Source: Cyanidioschyzon merolae (lineage: Eukaryota). Taken from it: a DNA stretch of 64,000 nucleotides. The number at the start of each line of letters is the position of its first letter. The stretch's first letter is position 1. Below the pieces are notes generated by a model that was given only the letters and a program-made list of their open reading frames with translations, searched no databases and was not told where the DNA came from. The DNA lies in assembly GCA_000091205.1 (NCBI GenBank), contig AP006499.2. The stretch is one strand, 5' to 3'. Position numbers and translations under genes: made by a program. Shown here one piece after another: positions 9,089-20,194 of this stretch.

Positions 9089-11365
9089 CTATGCCCTGTC
9101 AGCACTCAAGCGGGTGCGTGCTAGTGTTTCCTCCAGCAGCGCGATGAGTCGATCGATGTCGATCATCTTCTGGGATCCAGAGCAGGCAAAGTCGCGCTCC
9201 TCGAAACCTGCAATGCACGCATCCGTTTTTGGCTCTGTGCTGGAAGCTTGGGATTGCAGAGCATTCCTCACGTGCATCTGAATCTGCAACTCAAGCGCGT
9301 CCAGCAGCTGAAGACACGTGGTAACCTGGCCTTGCGCAAGAACATGCCCCCCGGCAGGCAGGCTGTTGCGAATGCGAGCTGCAACTTCCCTGAGAAGGGC
9401 TCCGAACGTACGCTGCGTACCTGGAAGGGTCAGACCAGACTCGGGCGGGTGAATGCGCGGACGCAGTACGAGCAAGGCCAAGTCCGGCTCAACAATGGCT
9501 TCTACTGCAACGTGTTCCGAATGAACGACCCTGCCGTCATCGCGTAGCCGGCGCCACCAGTGACAAAGGTTCCGCTCTGCGTAGCGAGCTCCCGGCGGGT
9601 ACACAACGACCATTTCGAAAACCGTATCTGGCGGTGCGAACCTGTCCGAGTGCGATGCCCCGTCGCTGTGCGTCTTGTCGTGGTCCAGCATGGTCTCTGG
9701 AACACGTATGGATTGAACGCTATGGCAACGAACAGTTGGTACGTCAGAGACGAGGCCGCATATGATGAGATGTCCACTGACCTGGTGCGCTGGTGCGGCA
9801 ACGCTAAAAAGATGGTCCACGCTAGCCGGGCCTACCGCTGGAGTGTAACACCGAACAAAAGCGTCCAGATTGCGCTGTGGTGTGCTGAGAACCAGCCGAA
9901 GGCGACGCGAATTCGCAAGCGCCGTCAGTGGCTCACGAGCATCCCGCCAATCTCTCACGACAAGCAACGCATGCCACCAGTCCAGCGACCAGAGCAGCTT
10001 CTGCCGGAGAATATCCACACATGGTATTTTTCGATAGCGCGGTGACGTAGCGCCTGGACGCTCACCATCGCGAGACTCAGCTGCTTCCTCAGTGAGCGTC
10101 CGTGGGGATGCGCGCGGCCTCTTCGCCATCGAGGCAGTACCCGAGACCGTGCATGGTGCTCGCTCCGAGTCCAGCATGATATCCGTAACATCGGACTGCT
10201 CCGCATTCATCGACGCTGATGACGCATCGATAACTCGTGTTTCATGGAACATATCTAGCTCCGAAGCGGGGCACATCGGTATCATCTGTGCAGTCTCGGG
10301 AATGGAGTCGCACTGGCCAGGCGCATGCCCATCCGGCATGGTCGCGGTCGAGTCCAACGTGCTGCTGCTGTCGATATCCAGCGCTGCTCGCATTCGCTCC
10401 ATTTCTCTGCGATCCATGGTGGCAACCCATGCAGCTGCACGCCGTGCGACTGCTTCTTTGAGCATAAGCGAACGCTTGGAATCTATCCAAGCTTCGATTT
10501 CTGCCTCTAGACGATGCTGTAGCTGTTGCAGGAACACGCCAGCACCGGAGCCATTCTCCTGCGAAGCCGCTCGCCGTGCCGGGGTTTCCAACGCAGCCGC
10601 AGCCTCTGATGGTGCCAGACCGCGCTCATGTGCGTCGACGTCTGCATCGCCGGACTCGTGTACTCCTGGTTCCAAGTGAGCTGCGCGTGTACGTTGCTGC
10701 TGTTGCGGTTGCTGGAGTGAGCGCTTTGTTCCAGATCCGACTATCCCAGCGTGCGCGACGAAGAGCGCACCCTCCACAACAACTCGGTAGTTCCAGCTCT
10801 TTGCACCTGTAGCTGGCGTCCGAATCACCTGAATACACGAAGACACTAGCAGGCTATCCGAAGTGGTCGCTTGCACGCGCCACAGTGGCGATACTTTCGA
10901 GGCAGCGACGTACGTCGTTCGCTGCAAGTGCTCCCCTTCAAACGCGTCGTCGTCCGTGAACGGCAGCAAGATCCAGCACGTCTGACCTTCGTCGGTCGAG
11001 ACCTGTACTCCGTGACGGTAGAGGCCGCACCAGCGCACCCAGCCAGCGCTGAGCAGGCAGTGCACACCAACGGCATGTGCGCAAGGTGCGGAGCTCGCGC
11101 TTCCGTTCGCTGTCGCTTCAGAGAAACTCAAAAGCGCGCTTTCCTCCAGTGCAACTCCGTCAGCCTCTTTCTGTTGTCTATTCAAAACTGCACGATCAAA
11201 CCGTTCATCACGCTCGTCGGTCGTCGACAGATGAACCACGACGTAGTGCAGCGCGAGCCTAGCGGACACCCCGTTCTCTATGCAGGGCAGACTCGCGACC
11301 CAAACGACGACTTGTTGCGGATTGGCAGTGATGCACGGTTGCACAACTGCAACCCAAGCGGTCAT
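9089..11365 (-). CDS. hypothetical protein (758 aa), function not recognised
   Basis: Long uninterrupted ORF with coding-like composition and a Q-rich stretch. Divergent from the PEX19 promoter, ~270 bp apart. Confidence 0.45.
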   Translation of the reverse strand: MTAWVAVVQPCITANPQQVVVWVASLPCIENGVSARLALHYVVVHLSTTDERDERFDRAVLNRQQKEADGVALEESALLSFSEATANGSASSAPCAHAVGVHCLLSAGWVRWCGLYRHGVQVSTDEGQTCWILLPFTDDDAFEGEHLQRTTYVAASKVSPLWRVQATTSDSLLVSSCIQVIRTPATGAKSWNYRVVVEGALFVAHAGIVGSGTKRSLQQPQQQQRTRAAHLEPGVHESGDADVDAHERGLAPSEAAAALETPARRAASQENGSGAGVFLQQLQHRLEAEIEAWIDSKRSLMLKEAVARRAAAWVATMDRREMERMRAALDIDSSSTLDSTATMPDGHAPGQCDSIPETAQMIPMCPASELDMFHETRVIDASSASMNAEQSDVTDIMLDSERAPCTVSGTASMAKRPRASPRTLTEEAAESRDGERPGATSPRYRKIPCVDILRQKLLWSLDWWHALLVVRDWRDAREPLTALANSRRLRLVLSTPQRNLDAFVRCYTPAVGPASVDHLFSVAAPAHQVSGHLIICGLVSDVPTVRCHSVQSIRVPETMLDHDKTHSDGASHSDRFAPPDTVFEMVVVYPPGARYAERNLCHWWRRLRDDGRVVHSEHVAVEAIVEPDLALLVLRPRIHPPESGLTLPGTQRTFGALLREVAARIRNSLPAGGHVLAQGQVTTCLQLLDALELQIQMHVRNALQSQASSTEPKTDACIAGFEERDFACSGSQKMIDIDRLIALLEETLARTRLSADRA

Positions 11366-11632
11366 TCAAGCGGACACCGCAGCACGCAACTCCAGCGCCC
11401 TATCGTGTCCCATACAAGGGGCAGGAAGCCAGCGCGGCCCTCATTGGGCGCCAAACACCAAGTACGATACAGTATATGTGGACGTTGCAGAGCCGCGCAA
11501 GGCATCGCTTTTGTTCGGAGCTGGCGTCCGCACGCTGGAGGCCGAGCGACCGGGTTCCCTGCACCGGTTCAAAAACCCAAGGTTGCAGAGCAGCAGGCTG
11601 TTCCGAACCAGTAGTGCACCCTACCAGGGGTC

Positions 11633-12610
11633 ATGTTGCCACCAGCGTCACCAGACGAGTGCCGGGTGCTGGACGAGTTCGAACGGCTCCTGGTGGAAAC
11701 GCGGCCCTCAGGCAGCTCGACTCTTGCGGAGGCGGAAGCGGAGCAGTCTCCAGACGCTGAGCAGAGGACGGCTCCCTGCCCAGACGACGACTGGGAACAT
11801 ACAATCGAAGCGGTTCTTGGTCAACTGCAGCAGACTGGTGTCGCTGAGAAGCTTCCGCTCGGTGTCGGCGACGAGGATGTGCACAGGCCCGCCGACAGCT
11901 CCGCGCGTGCCGAGTCAACCGAGCAGCGCGAGGACGAGCGCGCTGATGCTGAACTCGACGCAGCCCTCACCCAGTTTGTAACCGAACTGGGGGCTGTTCC
12001 CGGACCCACCGCAGCGGGAACGGGTGGCAAGGCATCCACCTCGAATGGGACAGGCGCGAGCGAAGCGAATTACGCGGCTGGTAACGAAGTCGAGTCGCTG
12101 ATCAGCAACCTCGTGCAGACGATTCTCTCGAAGGATGTGCTGTACGCACCAATGCTGGAAATCAGAGGCCTCTACGAGTATTATCTGAACAAAGAGGAGT
12201 GCACAGCCGGCACCGATGGCGAAGCTCATCTGGCGCAAGCCGACCTGGAACGCTACCAAGCCCAGTATACGTGCGTGAATGAAATCATTACGTGTTTAGA
12301 AGACGAGAGTCTGTCACCCGGAAAGCAGACTGAAATGCTCATGGATCTCATAGCGCGGATGGAGAGCATGGGTGATCCGCCACCGGGCGTGCTTGAGACC
12401 ATGAACGTGGCTCGAGAGCGCCAGAGTCACGAAGCTGCCCTGGATCAGAGCCGCACGGACAACAACGCAGACCCCGAACAGGTTATGGCGATCCTGGAGA
12501 AACTTCTCCAAGAAGTAGCCGAATCACCAAGCGATGCTTCGGCAATGGCGAAACTGCAGCGCGCTTTACAGGATGCGCCACCAACTTCCAGCGATTGCCG
12601 ACAACAATAG
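11633..12610 (+). CDS. PEX19: peroxin PEX19 (peroxisomal membrane protein import receptor)
   Basis: Acidic 325 aa protein. 'LSKDVLYAPMLEIRGLYEYYL...ERYQAQYTCVNEII' matches the conserved PEX19 core (human 'SKDVLYPSLKEI...KYQEQ'). The C-terminus is a CaaX farnesylation box 'CRQQ*'. Confidence 0.8.
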   Translation: MLPPASPDECRVLDEFERLLVETRPSGSSTLAEAEAEQSPDAEQRTAPCPDDDWEHTIEAVLGQLQQTGVAEKLPLGVGDEDVHRPADSSARAESTEQREDERADAELDAALTQFVTELGAVPGPTAAGTGGKASTSNGTGASEANYAAGNEVESLISNLVQTILSKDVLYAPMLEIRGLYEYYLNKEECTAGTDGEAHLAQADLERYQAQYTCVNEIITCLEDESLSPGKQTEMLMDLIARMESMGDPPPGVLETMNVARERQSHEAALDQSRTDNNADPEQVMAILEKLLQEVAESPSDASAMAKLQRALQDAPPTSSDCRQQ

Positions 12611-13532
12611 CTTTCATGCGCGGTTGCCAGTGGAGTGCACTTTCATGCAAGGTTTATTCAAGAGCGTGGCTCTCGGTATATGAGCGAGCTCAGGCGGCGT
12701 TGATGAAGGACGCGGCCGCCACTGTCCGGCGTATACGAAAGTGGAGTACGCGTGGCTCATGCGCTGCCCATGTTCCATCAATGCAATGGTGCAAGTTCGG
12801 GTTCCGAGAGCCCTAACACAGCGCTATCCAGCTTTTGCTCCAATCAGAACTGAAAGCGAATGCTGGACTTGCCTTTTTTTGGATAGTGTTCGAAGGACAA
12901 GCGACCGCGAAGCGGCCGCATGAAGCACGCGGTCGGATCGCAGGCCTCGAGACACTTGAAGACGCGGCGGTGACGTCCACCTGGCGTTGCAGCAAGCGCC
13001 TCTGGTGCACTCGCCTTCCGCAGGGTCGCTGTTTCGGGTCTCATTTCTCCAGGGCAGCACGATTTGAGAGCAACACAAACGCCGACGCATCTGCCGACGA
13101 GATGGGCGCGCTGCCCAGCCAATGGCTAAACCTGCGTATCCGAAGGAATCTGGTTCAATGCATCGATCGCAGAGTGTGTGCAAAGCATTTGCTACGCGCC
13201 GCAGCCTTGCCTTGGGGTGCAGCGTATGTGCCAAAGCGTGCTCTGCGTCGTGCTAGCCTCGGATATACATAACAATAAATCGATTTAGAAACACAGATGG
13301 ACAATATGCACCGACATACGCATGTACAACGATGTCTGGCGTACATACGGTTATGGAACGCTCGTGTCCGTGCAGTAGACGAGCGCAACGCGCTGCAAAC
13401 CGCTCAAGACTCGTGATATCGAGGCGCTGGCTCCCCTGGAACCCTGCTGCTGTCACTTTTGCAGCAGCACATAGCGTTCATTTTTCCACGACATACTGCG
13501 ATGATGCGCTTCACCGCGTGCCAATGCTAGCC

Positions 13533-14009
13533 TCAACGGTTAATGCCAAATATGCGTACTCCGTGCATAAATGGCAACTTTGCGACAAAGACAACGAGAA
13601 ACGCAATCAGGTTCACGGCGTGTACGAAAAAGAATTGTCGTTCGAAAGGCGTGCTGTGCACCGCGGCCAGATAAAGGAAGACCACAACGCAGATGAGAAA
13701 CTTTCGTGACGGCGTATTCTGGACGCTGCCGTCAATCTGCTCCCACCAGGTTTGTTTTTCGCCCTTCCCCATCATATCTACCCAAGGCGTATGGAAGGGG
13801 TTCCCCTTGATCCAGTGAAACACAATAAAAGTCACACCCGCATGCACAACGTTCATAATTGTCCAGGACTCCATCGGGCTGAGCGAGAGACCCAGGCCAA
13901 AGAATATCCGAAAACTCGCAAGGAGCATAATGTAGAACGTCCAGCTTCCCTTGGCACGCAGCCACTCGACACCAACGTCGAAACGCGTCTCGCCGTGACC
14001 CGACTGCAT
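13533..14009 (-). CDS. ORMDL/Orm1-like ER membrane protein (sphingolipid biosynthesis regulator)
   Basis: 158 aa. 'WEQIDGSVQNTPSRKFL...KLPFMHGVRIFGIN' aligns almost residue-for-residue with human ORMDL ('WEQMDYGVQFTASRKFL...LPQLHGVRIFGINKY'). Confidence 0.9.
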   Translation of the reverse strand: MQSGHGETRFDVGVEWLRAKGSWTFYIMLLASFRIFFGLGLSLSPMESWTIMNVVHAGVTFIVFHWIKGNPFHTPWVDMMGKGEKQTWWEQIDGSVQNTPSRKFLICVVVFLYLAAVHSTPFERQFFFVHAVNLIAFLVVFVAKLPFMHGVRIFGINR

Positions 14010-15256
14010 CGCGGCGAAACGACGTTGACCACGACTTTGGCGACGATGACGATGACGCTGATAACGAACAGCGCTCTCTGAACGCCAGTTTCAAGTGCCT
14101 CGTCACGCCAGAAGCTCTAAGGAAACGTTCACGACAACGACGACGACAACAACAACAGCAACGACAACCACGAAGGAGCGTTAGACGTTCGCCAGCACAC
14201 CAGCGTCGCGAATGCTCCGAAACGGAACGCCGGAGCGGAGCGCGCCAGCCCGTCCAGATTCGGCAACGCGACGTCGGGCGAATCGCGCAGGCAGCAGCAC
14301 GGCGCGCCAGCGCCCAGAGGCCTCCGTATGGATGTGTTCCGATTTTGCTCAGATTTTACAGGATGTTGACACAGGCCAGCGTGCCGCCACGGGGTGGTGC
14401 GCGTGCGATCCGCGCGCGGTGAAGAAGCATCCAGCATACGACATCGGAGAACGCTGGCCTAAGTAAACGTTTTGTCAATGAAAAAAATCCAGCATTCGAC
14501 GCCCTATGTCCAAATTCTATAATCCATGCTTCCTTCCGAACGGACTGGCCGTTCCATACGCTCTATCGTGCGCCGAGTGCGTGCGTTGCTGCATCCGCAA
14601 TAGAGCATATATCGCAGGTGCTTGTGCAGCTCGGAGATAGAACGGCTCTTCGATACCACCTAGGGCGCTTCGGCTCGAGGTATCATGCATTCAACACCGG
14701 ATCGCGTCTCTCCATCATTCTGGGGGCCTGCAAGCTGCGCAGCGAGACTGACTGCCCACGACAGCGCGAAACGATACGCAAGGAGATAACTGCAACCGGG
14801 GCGATACCTGGATGCATGCTACCCGCCCCTAGTCTCAAAATGAACCGCGTTACGGATGAGTCGCTGAGAGCTGACTACAGCTCCCGCCACTGTAGAAGAA
14901 TACGGAGCGATAGCCCGGTAGATGCGTCCATCTCGGGGGATCTTACGCCTAGCAGCTAAACATTCGACAATACGGAACGCTTCCCGCCCCTTTTCAACGC
15001 TTACCACGAAGGTGTAACGAAAAAATGGTCGCGTTGCTCGTTCATGATTCGTTGCTGTTCTCGGTTTTGGGTAGCCAGTCGCGATCGATCGCGGATCGCT
15101 GGCGGCCGCACGTTGCCGGCGGGCATGAACGGCCGCCGCACCTGCATCCGCTTACGGAGGCGGCTTCTGGCCACTCGGGCATATCTTGAAATATTTCAGA
15201 CGCAGAGACTAGCACTTTGCGCTGAAGAGTTGGTTGACCGAAGAGACGTGAACGGC

Positions 15257-16996
15257 ATGGAATATTCGAGTGCTCATTCCGAAAGAGGAACGACCGTAAC
15301 ACATGTGCACTCCAGTGCGAAGCCTGTTACGAGTACGGGTAGCGTGCAGCGAGGCACGCCGTCGCGATCGACGCCGCTGACAACGCCAGTACCGCCAGCA
15401 GCGGTTGCTGCACACCAGCAAACGCTGACGGGCGTCACTTCTGGTCTAGGGAGCTCAACTCTGTCGCATCCTGGTACACAACCGACGGCGGCGGTGACGG
15501 TGCAGGGCGTCAGCCCGGGGAGCCACCTGGGTGCGACGCAACGAGTTGCGGCTGCAGTTCAGGTCGGATCGCCTGTGGTGCATGTGGGCTCTGTCGGTTC
15601 AACGTCGACGGGAAAGTCACCTATTACTGGAGAGAAACTTGTCGCAGCGTCGCTTGATGCGCTGTCAGACTTGGGGCGAGATGTCGCACCGCACGCAACC
15701 CCCACAGTACCTGCGGGTGGCGACCTCGACGCCCCCTGTGTCGTTATTAAAATCGGGACCAGCACCATCATGCGCTACGATTCCGAAGGAGAGGCCGGAG
15801 AACTCGCGCTCTCGACCCTGGGCAAGCTGGTCGACTCCATCGTTGCGTTGCGGCGGCTGAACCACAATGTCGTGTTGGTCACATCCGGGGCAGTTGGGGT
15901 CGGCTGTCGGGAGCTAGGTCTCCGGAAGCGCCCCGATTCCCTTCGGACGAAACAGGCTATGGCAGCTATTGGACAGTGTAAGCTAATGCGCGTTTACGAT
16001 GATTTGTTTCGCTTCTCCGGTCAGACGATTGCCCAAATTCTCCTGACCAGGGAGAATCTGAGCCAAAAGCACCAGTATTTCAACGCTCGAAACACCATGC
16101 GTGAGTTGCTGCGACTAGGTGTCGTTCCAATCGTGAACGAAAACGATACGGTGGCCACCGAGGAATTGCGCTTTGGTGACAACGACCGCCTGAGCAGTCT
16201 AGTGGCCGGCATGGTCGAGGCCAAGTGGCTGTTCCTCCTGACCGATGTGGACAAACTGTATACGGCGGATCCGCGCCAGCATCCTGGCGCTGAGCCTATC
16301 GACATCGTCCACGACATGGAGCAGCTGCACGTGCGACTCTCAGCGAACGAGGATGCCGTGTCGAGTGAACAGGAGCAACGCGCGGAAAGCGATACCCATG
16401 CTGCACACGGCCCCAAATCTCAGCTTCAAGGTGGCCAGGTGCCGCGGGGTGGCACCCAGTGGGGCTCGGGCGGCATGGCTACGAAGATTGTTGCCGCGCA
16501 GCTTGCTACTGCGGCCGGTGTCCATGTTTGTATCATGCACGGCCGTCGTCCAGAGGGTATTCTGGAACGTGTTCTGGACAAGAAGGGCTCGTCGCGTATC
16601 GGGACGGTGTTCTTGGCGTCACGCGAACCGATTCGCGGCGGTCGCAAACGGTGGATCGCTCACGGCCTTGCCCCGAAAGGCAAACTCTACGTTGACGACG
16701 GCGCTTGCCGAGCAGTGGCACGCCATAACTCTCTGTTTGCTGCGGGCATTCGTGAAGTTGACGGCGACTTTGAAGCGGATACAGCGGTCTCTATTGTTCG
16801 CCAGAGCGATGGCCTCGAAGTGGGGCGCGGTCTCACGAATTACTCATCGGATGAAATCCGTCGCATCATTGGTCTGCACAGCAAGGAAATTCGTCGGGTT
16901 CTCGGGTACCCTGGTCCAGACGAAGTCATCCATCGTGATAATCTTGTTGATTTGCTGGGCACAATCAGCAGCAGTGATGCCGATGAAACGGACTAG
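15257..16996 (+). CDS. glutamate 5-kinase (ProB-type, with C-terminal PUA domain)
   Basis: 'VVIKIGTSTI...LVTSGAVGVGCRELG' amino-acid kinase motifs, 'GSGGMATKIVAA', then a PUA-like C-terminus. Start taken at ATG 15257. The ORF is open from 15044, with a ~150 aa S/T/G/V-rich N-terminal extension before the kinase core. Confidence 0.88.
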   Translation: MEYSSAHSERGTTVTHVHSSAKPVTSTGSVQRGTPSRSTPLTTPVPPAAVAAHQQTLTGVTSGLGSSTLSHPGTQPTAAVTVQGVSPGSHLGATQRVAAAVQVGSPVVHVGSVGSTSTGKSPITGEKLVAASLDALSDLGRDVAPHATPTVPAGGDLDAPCVVIKIGTSTIMRYDSEGEAGELALSTLGKLVDSIVALRRLNHNVVLVTSGAVGVGCRELGLRKRPDSLRTKQAMAAIGQCKLMRVYDDLFRFSGQTIAQILLTRENLSQKHQYFNARNTMRELLRLGVVPIVNENDTVATEELRFGDNDRLSSLVAGMVEAKWLFLLTDVDKLYTADPRQHPGAEPIDIVHDMEQLHVRLSANEDAVSSEQEQRAESDTHAAHGPKSQLQGGQVPRGGTQWGSGGMATKIVAAQLATAAGVHVCIMHGRRPEGILERVLDKKGSSRIGTVFLASREPIRGGRKRWIAHGLAPKGKLYVDDGACRAVARHNSLFAAGIREVDGDFEADTAVSIVRQSDGLEVGRGLTNYSSDEIRRIIGLHSKEIRRVLGYPGPDEVIHRDNLVDLLGTISSSDADETD

Positions 16997-17379
16997 GTTA
17001 TGGACAGCACGTCGTCACGAACGGTGCTAAATGGAGCGCTGGATGCTAGGCTGTCGCCCATGGACCCGTAGCATTGAAAAGAGTTGAAACCGGTCAAATT
17101 TGACTTGCGTAGAGCGCGCTTTGCCTCGGATCTACTTGGTGCCGCAGGCGAGTGCTTTGCGCGCGTTATACAATGCCAGTGCGCAGTTCGAGCGTCGCGC
17201 TGGTGATCAGCCCGGGACCCGCGACCAGTTCAGTGCACGATACCACGCGCGCTCATAGAGACGTCGGACAGGACGGTGTCGGGGTTCCAGCGAAGATATC
17301 GCCAACACCGATACGCTTGACGTAGAACCCTGATGCGGCCGCAAGTCGGTGCGATTCCCCCGAAACAACGGGTGAACGA

Positions 17380-18720
17380 GGCGGCATCTGGGGTCTGTTG
17401 CCAGCGAACAGAGGCCGTGAGCATGCAATCGTTTCTCTGTACCCGTGTCAGATTAAAATGGAACGCTGGACTGATACAGCTGTTCGTGCACTCCGAGCTC
17501 CTTGCTCCGAAATGCTTCTAAGTGTGCAGTGTCGAGATTCGAAAAGCAACACTTTGGGTTTACGGATCGATCCGCAGCGTTAGGATTCTCGGTCGTCTTT
17601 TCGGATTCTTTTGTTCGACGCTTTGCAGCTGGAATTCGTTACGTCACCGGAATCAAGATGATTCGGGGCGCCTCAAACAAGAGTCCATGAAATAAGCGAT
17701 GTAATTATCCCGTTCACGGGGGGCAAGCCTCTGGGCTGCTCCTTCGGTTACGTGTAGCAGCGCAAATCACGCAGCCTTCAGGTTTTCGATTTTTCGAATT
17801 CATGGCAACTCGTGAGCGGAGCAATGCGAGCCGCTGGGTTCATAGCGACAGCCAGTCGACGTCGGGCGCTGAAGAACTTTTGAAGTCCATGTCGCGACGT
17901 TGCTGTACTTGCTATGTCACATAATCGATTGTGTGCGAAAGCGAAAACCCCTCTCTTTGTGGCCATCGGCGAAACGCCATTCGACATCAGCATCATGCCT
18001 CTCACGCGATATGCTCGCCGAGGTTCGCATCCCAACTATCTAAATGGAAATGCGTCTTGGACTCAGACTTGAGTTATCACGGCGACGGCTTGCAGTGGAG
18101 CGTGTGTCATCGTTTTGCATAACAGGAGCGTAGACGGATCGACATTTCTCGACGTGCTCTCCAGCCTGGGTCTTCCTTCTGGTGCCTTTTTCATCATCAC
18201 GTACACCATCGCGTTCCACAAATCGTCTACCGTATGGAACAGCATGCGCTCGCGTGTTCAAAAAACAGCGAACTCGCTGGGGAGATCGTACAGGAGAGGT
18301 CCGTGATCACAGGGTACGACACAAGGTGCGGAAACCGAGGTGAGCATCGAGAGGCGCCTCTCGTATTTGTCCAGACCACGGACCAGGCGATGATGGAAGC
18401 CTGCACGTCTCACATGGTGCCGGTCGGTGGAGGCGATTTGATGGACGTATAGGAACGAATGACCAGAAGTAAGTGTACCTGCGGTGAGAGGTGCAGCGAG
18501 GCTGTGGACAGAGAACATGAACATGGCAAGCGAATGGTAGATCACAACCTCCGCTTTGCATAAACTGCGTTGACAACATCCGGAAGCAGAAAATGTTCGA
18601 CTCGAACGCTGCCATCAATATTAGACGAGCCGTGAAGACGAGATCCGAAGAGCAGCGTCTGCCGAACATTGTGAGGCAGCCTCGCAGGCTCGAAGTGTGT
18701 CTGGATAAAGCCTGAAGCCG
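17380..18720 (+). repeat. dispersed ~1.3 kb repeat family, copy A
   Basis: Collinear ~70-75% identity to 51490-52790 and 59720-61000. Shared segments include 'aaaatggaacgctg', 'gggtttacgg', 'ggagcgtagacg.atcg..tttctcgac' and 'gaacatggcaagcgaa'. Confidence 0.8.
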
Positions 18721-18805
18721 ATACGAGGCTGCCCGACTCAGAGCCTCGGCGCGTGCGCGGCGTGCCCAGCACGATCGCCCGCGCCAGCGCGTCTGGGGCA
18801 GCGCC

Positions 18806-19696
18806 ATGCGTATGCACGACGCTGGAGTGGGTGTGTACGCAAAGGCTTCACTAGGGAGCGCCGTTTTGGTGTTGATTATGTTTTTGGTGCTCGCTGTAGC
18901 GTTCATTGGTCGCAAACGCTGGCCACTGGCGCGACAAGAGGTCCGATTTCGACCCGTGCGTGCTCGTCACCGCAATTGGTCCAGCGCCGCACCCCGTACC
19001 ACGCCGCAGGTAGCGTGCACGGCAACGGCGTCAACGAACGGCAGTGCGCCGAATGAACACCGAGATCGTCTAGTCCTTGTCGGGTTAGGCAACCCAGGAC
19101 CCAAGTACGAGAAGACGCGACACAATGCCGGGTTCCTCGCAGCTGACGCGGTGGCGCGCGCATACCGGGCACCAGCGTTTCGTCTGAACGAGTCGTGGCA
19201 GGCGCTGCACACCCATATCGACATCGGTCGCCAAGTACATATTCTGAAACCAATAACCTACATGAACCTGTCCGGTCAAGCATTGCGGTCTTTTTTGCGC
19301 GACACTTTCGGTACAGGTTTCGAGCGAGAGACCGAGTGGAGCACTCGGCTTCTCGTCCTGGTGGATGACACTGCGCTTCCATTCGGCAAGCTGCGCCTCC
19401 GCCTACGAGGCAGCGACGGTGGTCACAATGGTTTGAAAAGTATTGCCCAAGCGCTGCGAAGTGAACGCTACAGTCGACTGCGAATAGGCATTGGCGGCGA
19501 TCATCGGGCGGGCAACGGGAGCGCCGTTGACTACGTGCTGAGCGACTTTAGCCGAGCAGAATGGCGCACCATGGAAGAGCAGGTCCTGATCGACTGTGTC
19601 CAGGTTGCACGCCACTGGATTGAGCATGATGATCTGGCCAAAGTTGTGCAATTCTGTAATGCCGCTCGAAGCACGATGCACATGCCGCCAGCTTGA
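18806..19696 (+). CDS. peptidyl-tRNA hydrolase (PTH1 family) with N-terminal transmembrane/targeting extension
   Basis: 'LVLVGLGNPGPKYEKTRHNAGF', 'YMNLSGQA' and 'GGHNGLKS' motifs. The N-terminal ~90 aa contains the hydrophobic segment 'AVLVLIMFLVLAVAFIG'. Confidence 0.85.
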   Translation: MRMHDAGVGVYAKASLGSAVLVLIMFLVLAVAFIGRKRWPLARQEVRFRPVRARHRNWSSAAPRTTPQVACTATASTNGSAPNEHRDRLVLVGLGNPGPKYEKTRHNAGFLAADAVARAYRAPAFRLNESWQALHTHIDIGRQVHILKPITYMNLSGQALRSFLRDTFGTGFERETEWSTRLLVLVDDTALPFGKLRLRLRGSDGGHNGLKSIAQALRSERYSRLRIGIGGDHRAGNGSAVDYVLSDFSRAEWRTMEEQVLIDCVQVARHWIEHDDLAKVVQFCNAARSTMHMPPA

Positions 19697-20194
19697 GCAC
19701 GCATTCGCCACGAGCGCGCTTCCATGTCCAGAAGGATATGCGTGCACGCATCCACACGTGTCCGTCGTGGTGACGTGTCCCCTGAGGTTGCGCGCAATGC
19801 CGGCCGCAGGTACCGCAGATACCGCAGATTCCCTGAGAGACACGGATGCTGTCGCTCGTGACTCTCGCGCAGCACTGCGACATGCTGCGATGCGTACCCC
19901 CGAGCTGGAGTCGTTGTAGCACGGACACGAGTAATGCGAATCGCCAATGCGCTTCTGTCTCTGAGGGCAGCTCTGGTACTGTGCTTTATCATCCGCGATG
20001 CGTGCACATCTTAGCTCTGCCAGTGATCAGAACGGAACCACACAAGGGCAGGCATGCACGAGCGTTCATGACCTTTGTGCTACAACCAGTTGAACGCACG
20101 TGTCAGACGATGAAATCAGATGCAAGATGCGTCTGCGGGACGGTGCATCGGATCCAAGGGCGACGGCGAGATACCAGCGTAAGAACCGGTTCTG

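Noticed and set aside
17380-17400. A 10-mer 'gcatctgggg' shared by the 5' end of the Fanzor-like element (about 805) and the start of repeat copy A
   Set aside because: Homology does not extend beyond the 10-mer, and it is absent from repeat copies B and C. Probably coincidence rather than a shared terminus.
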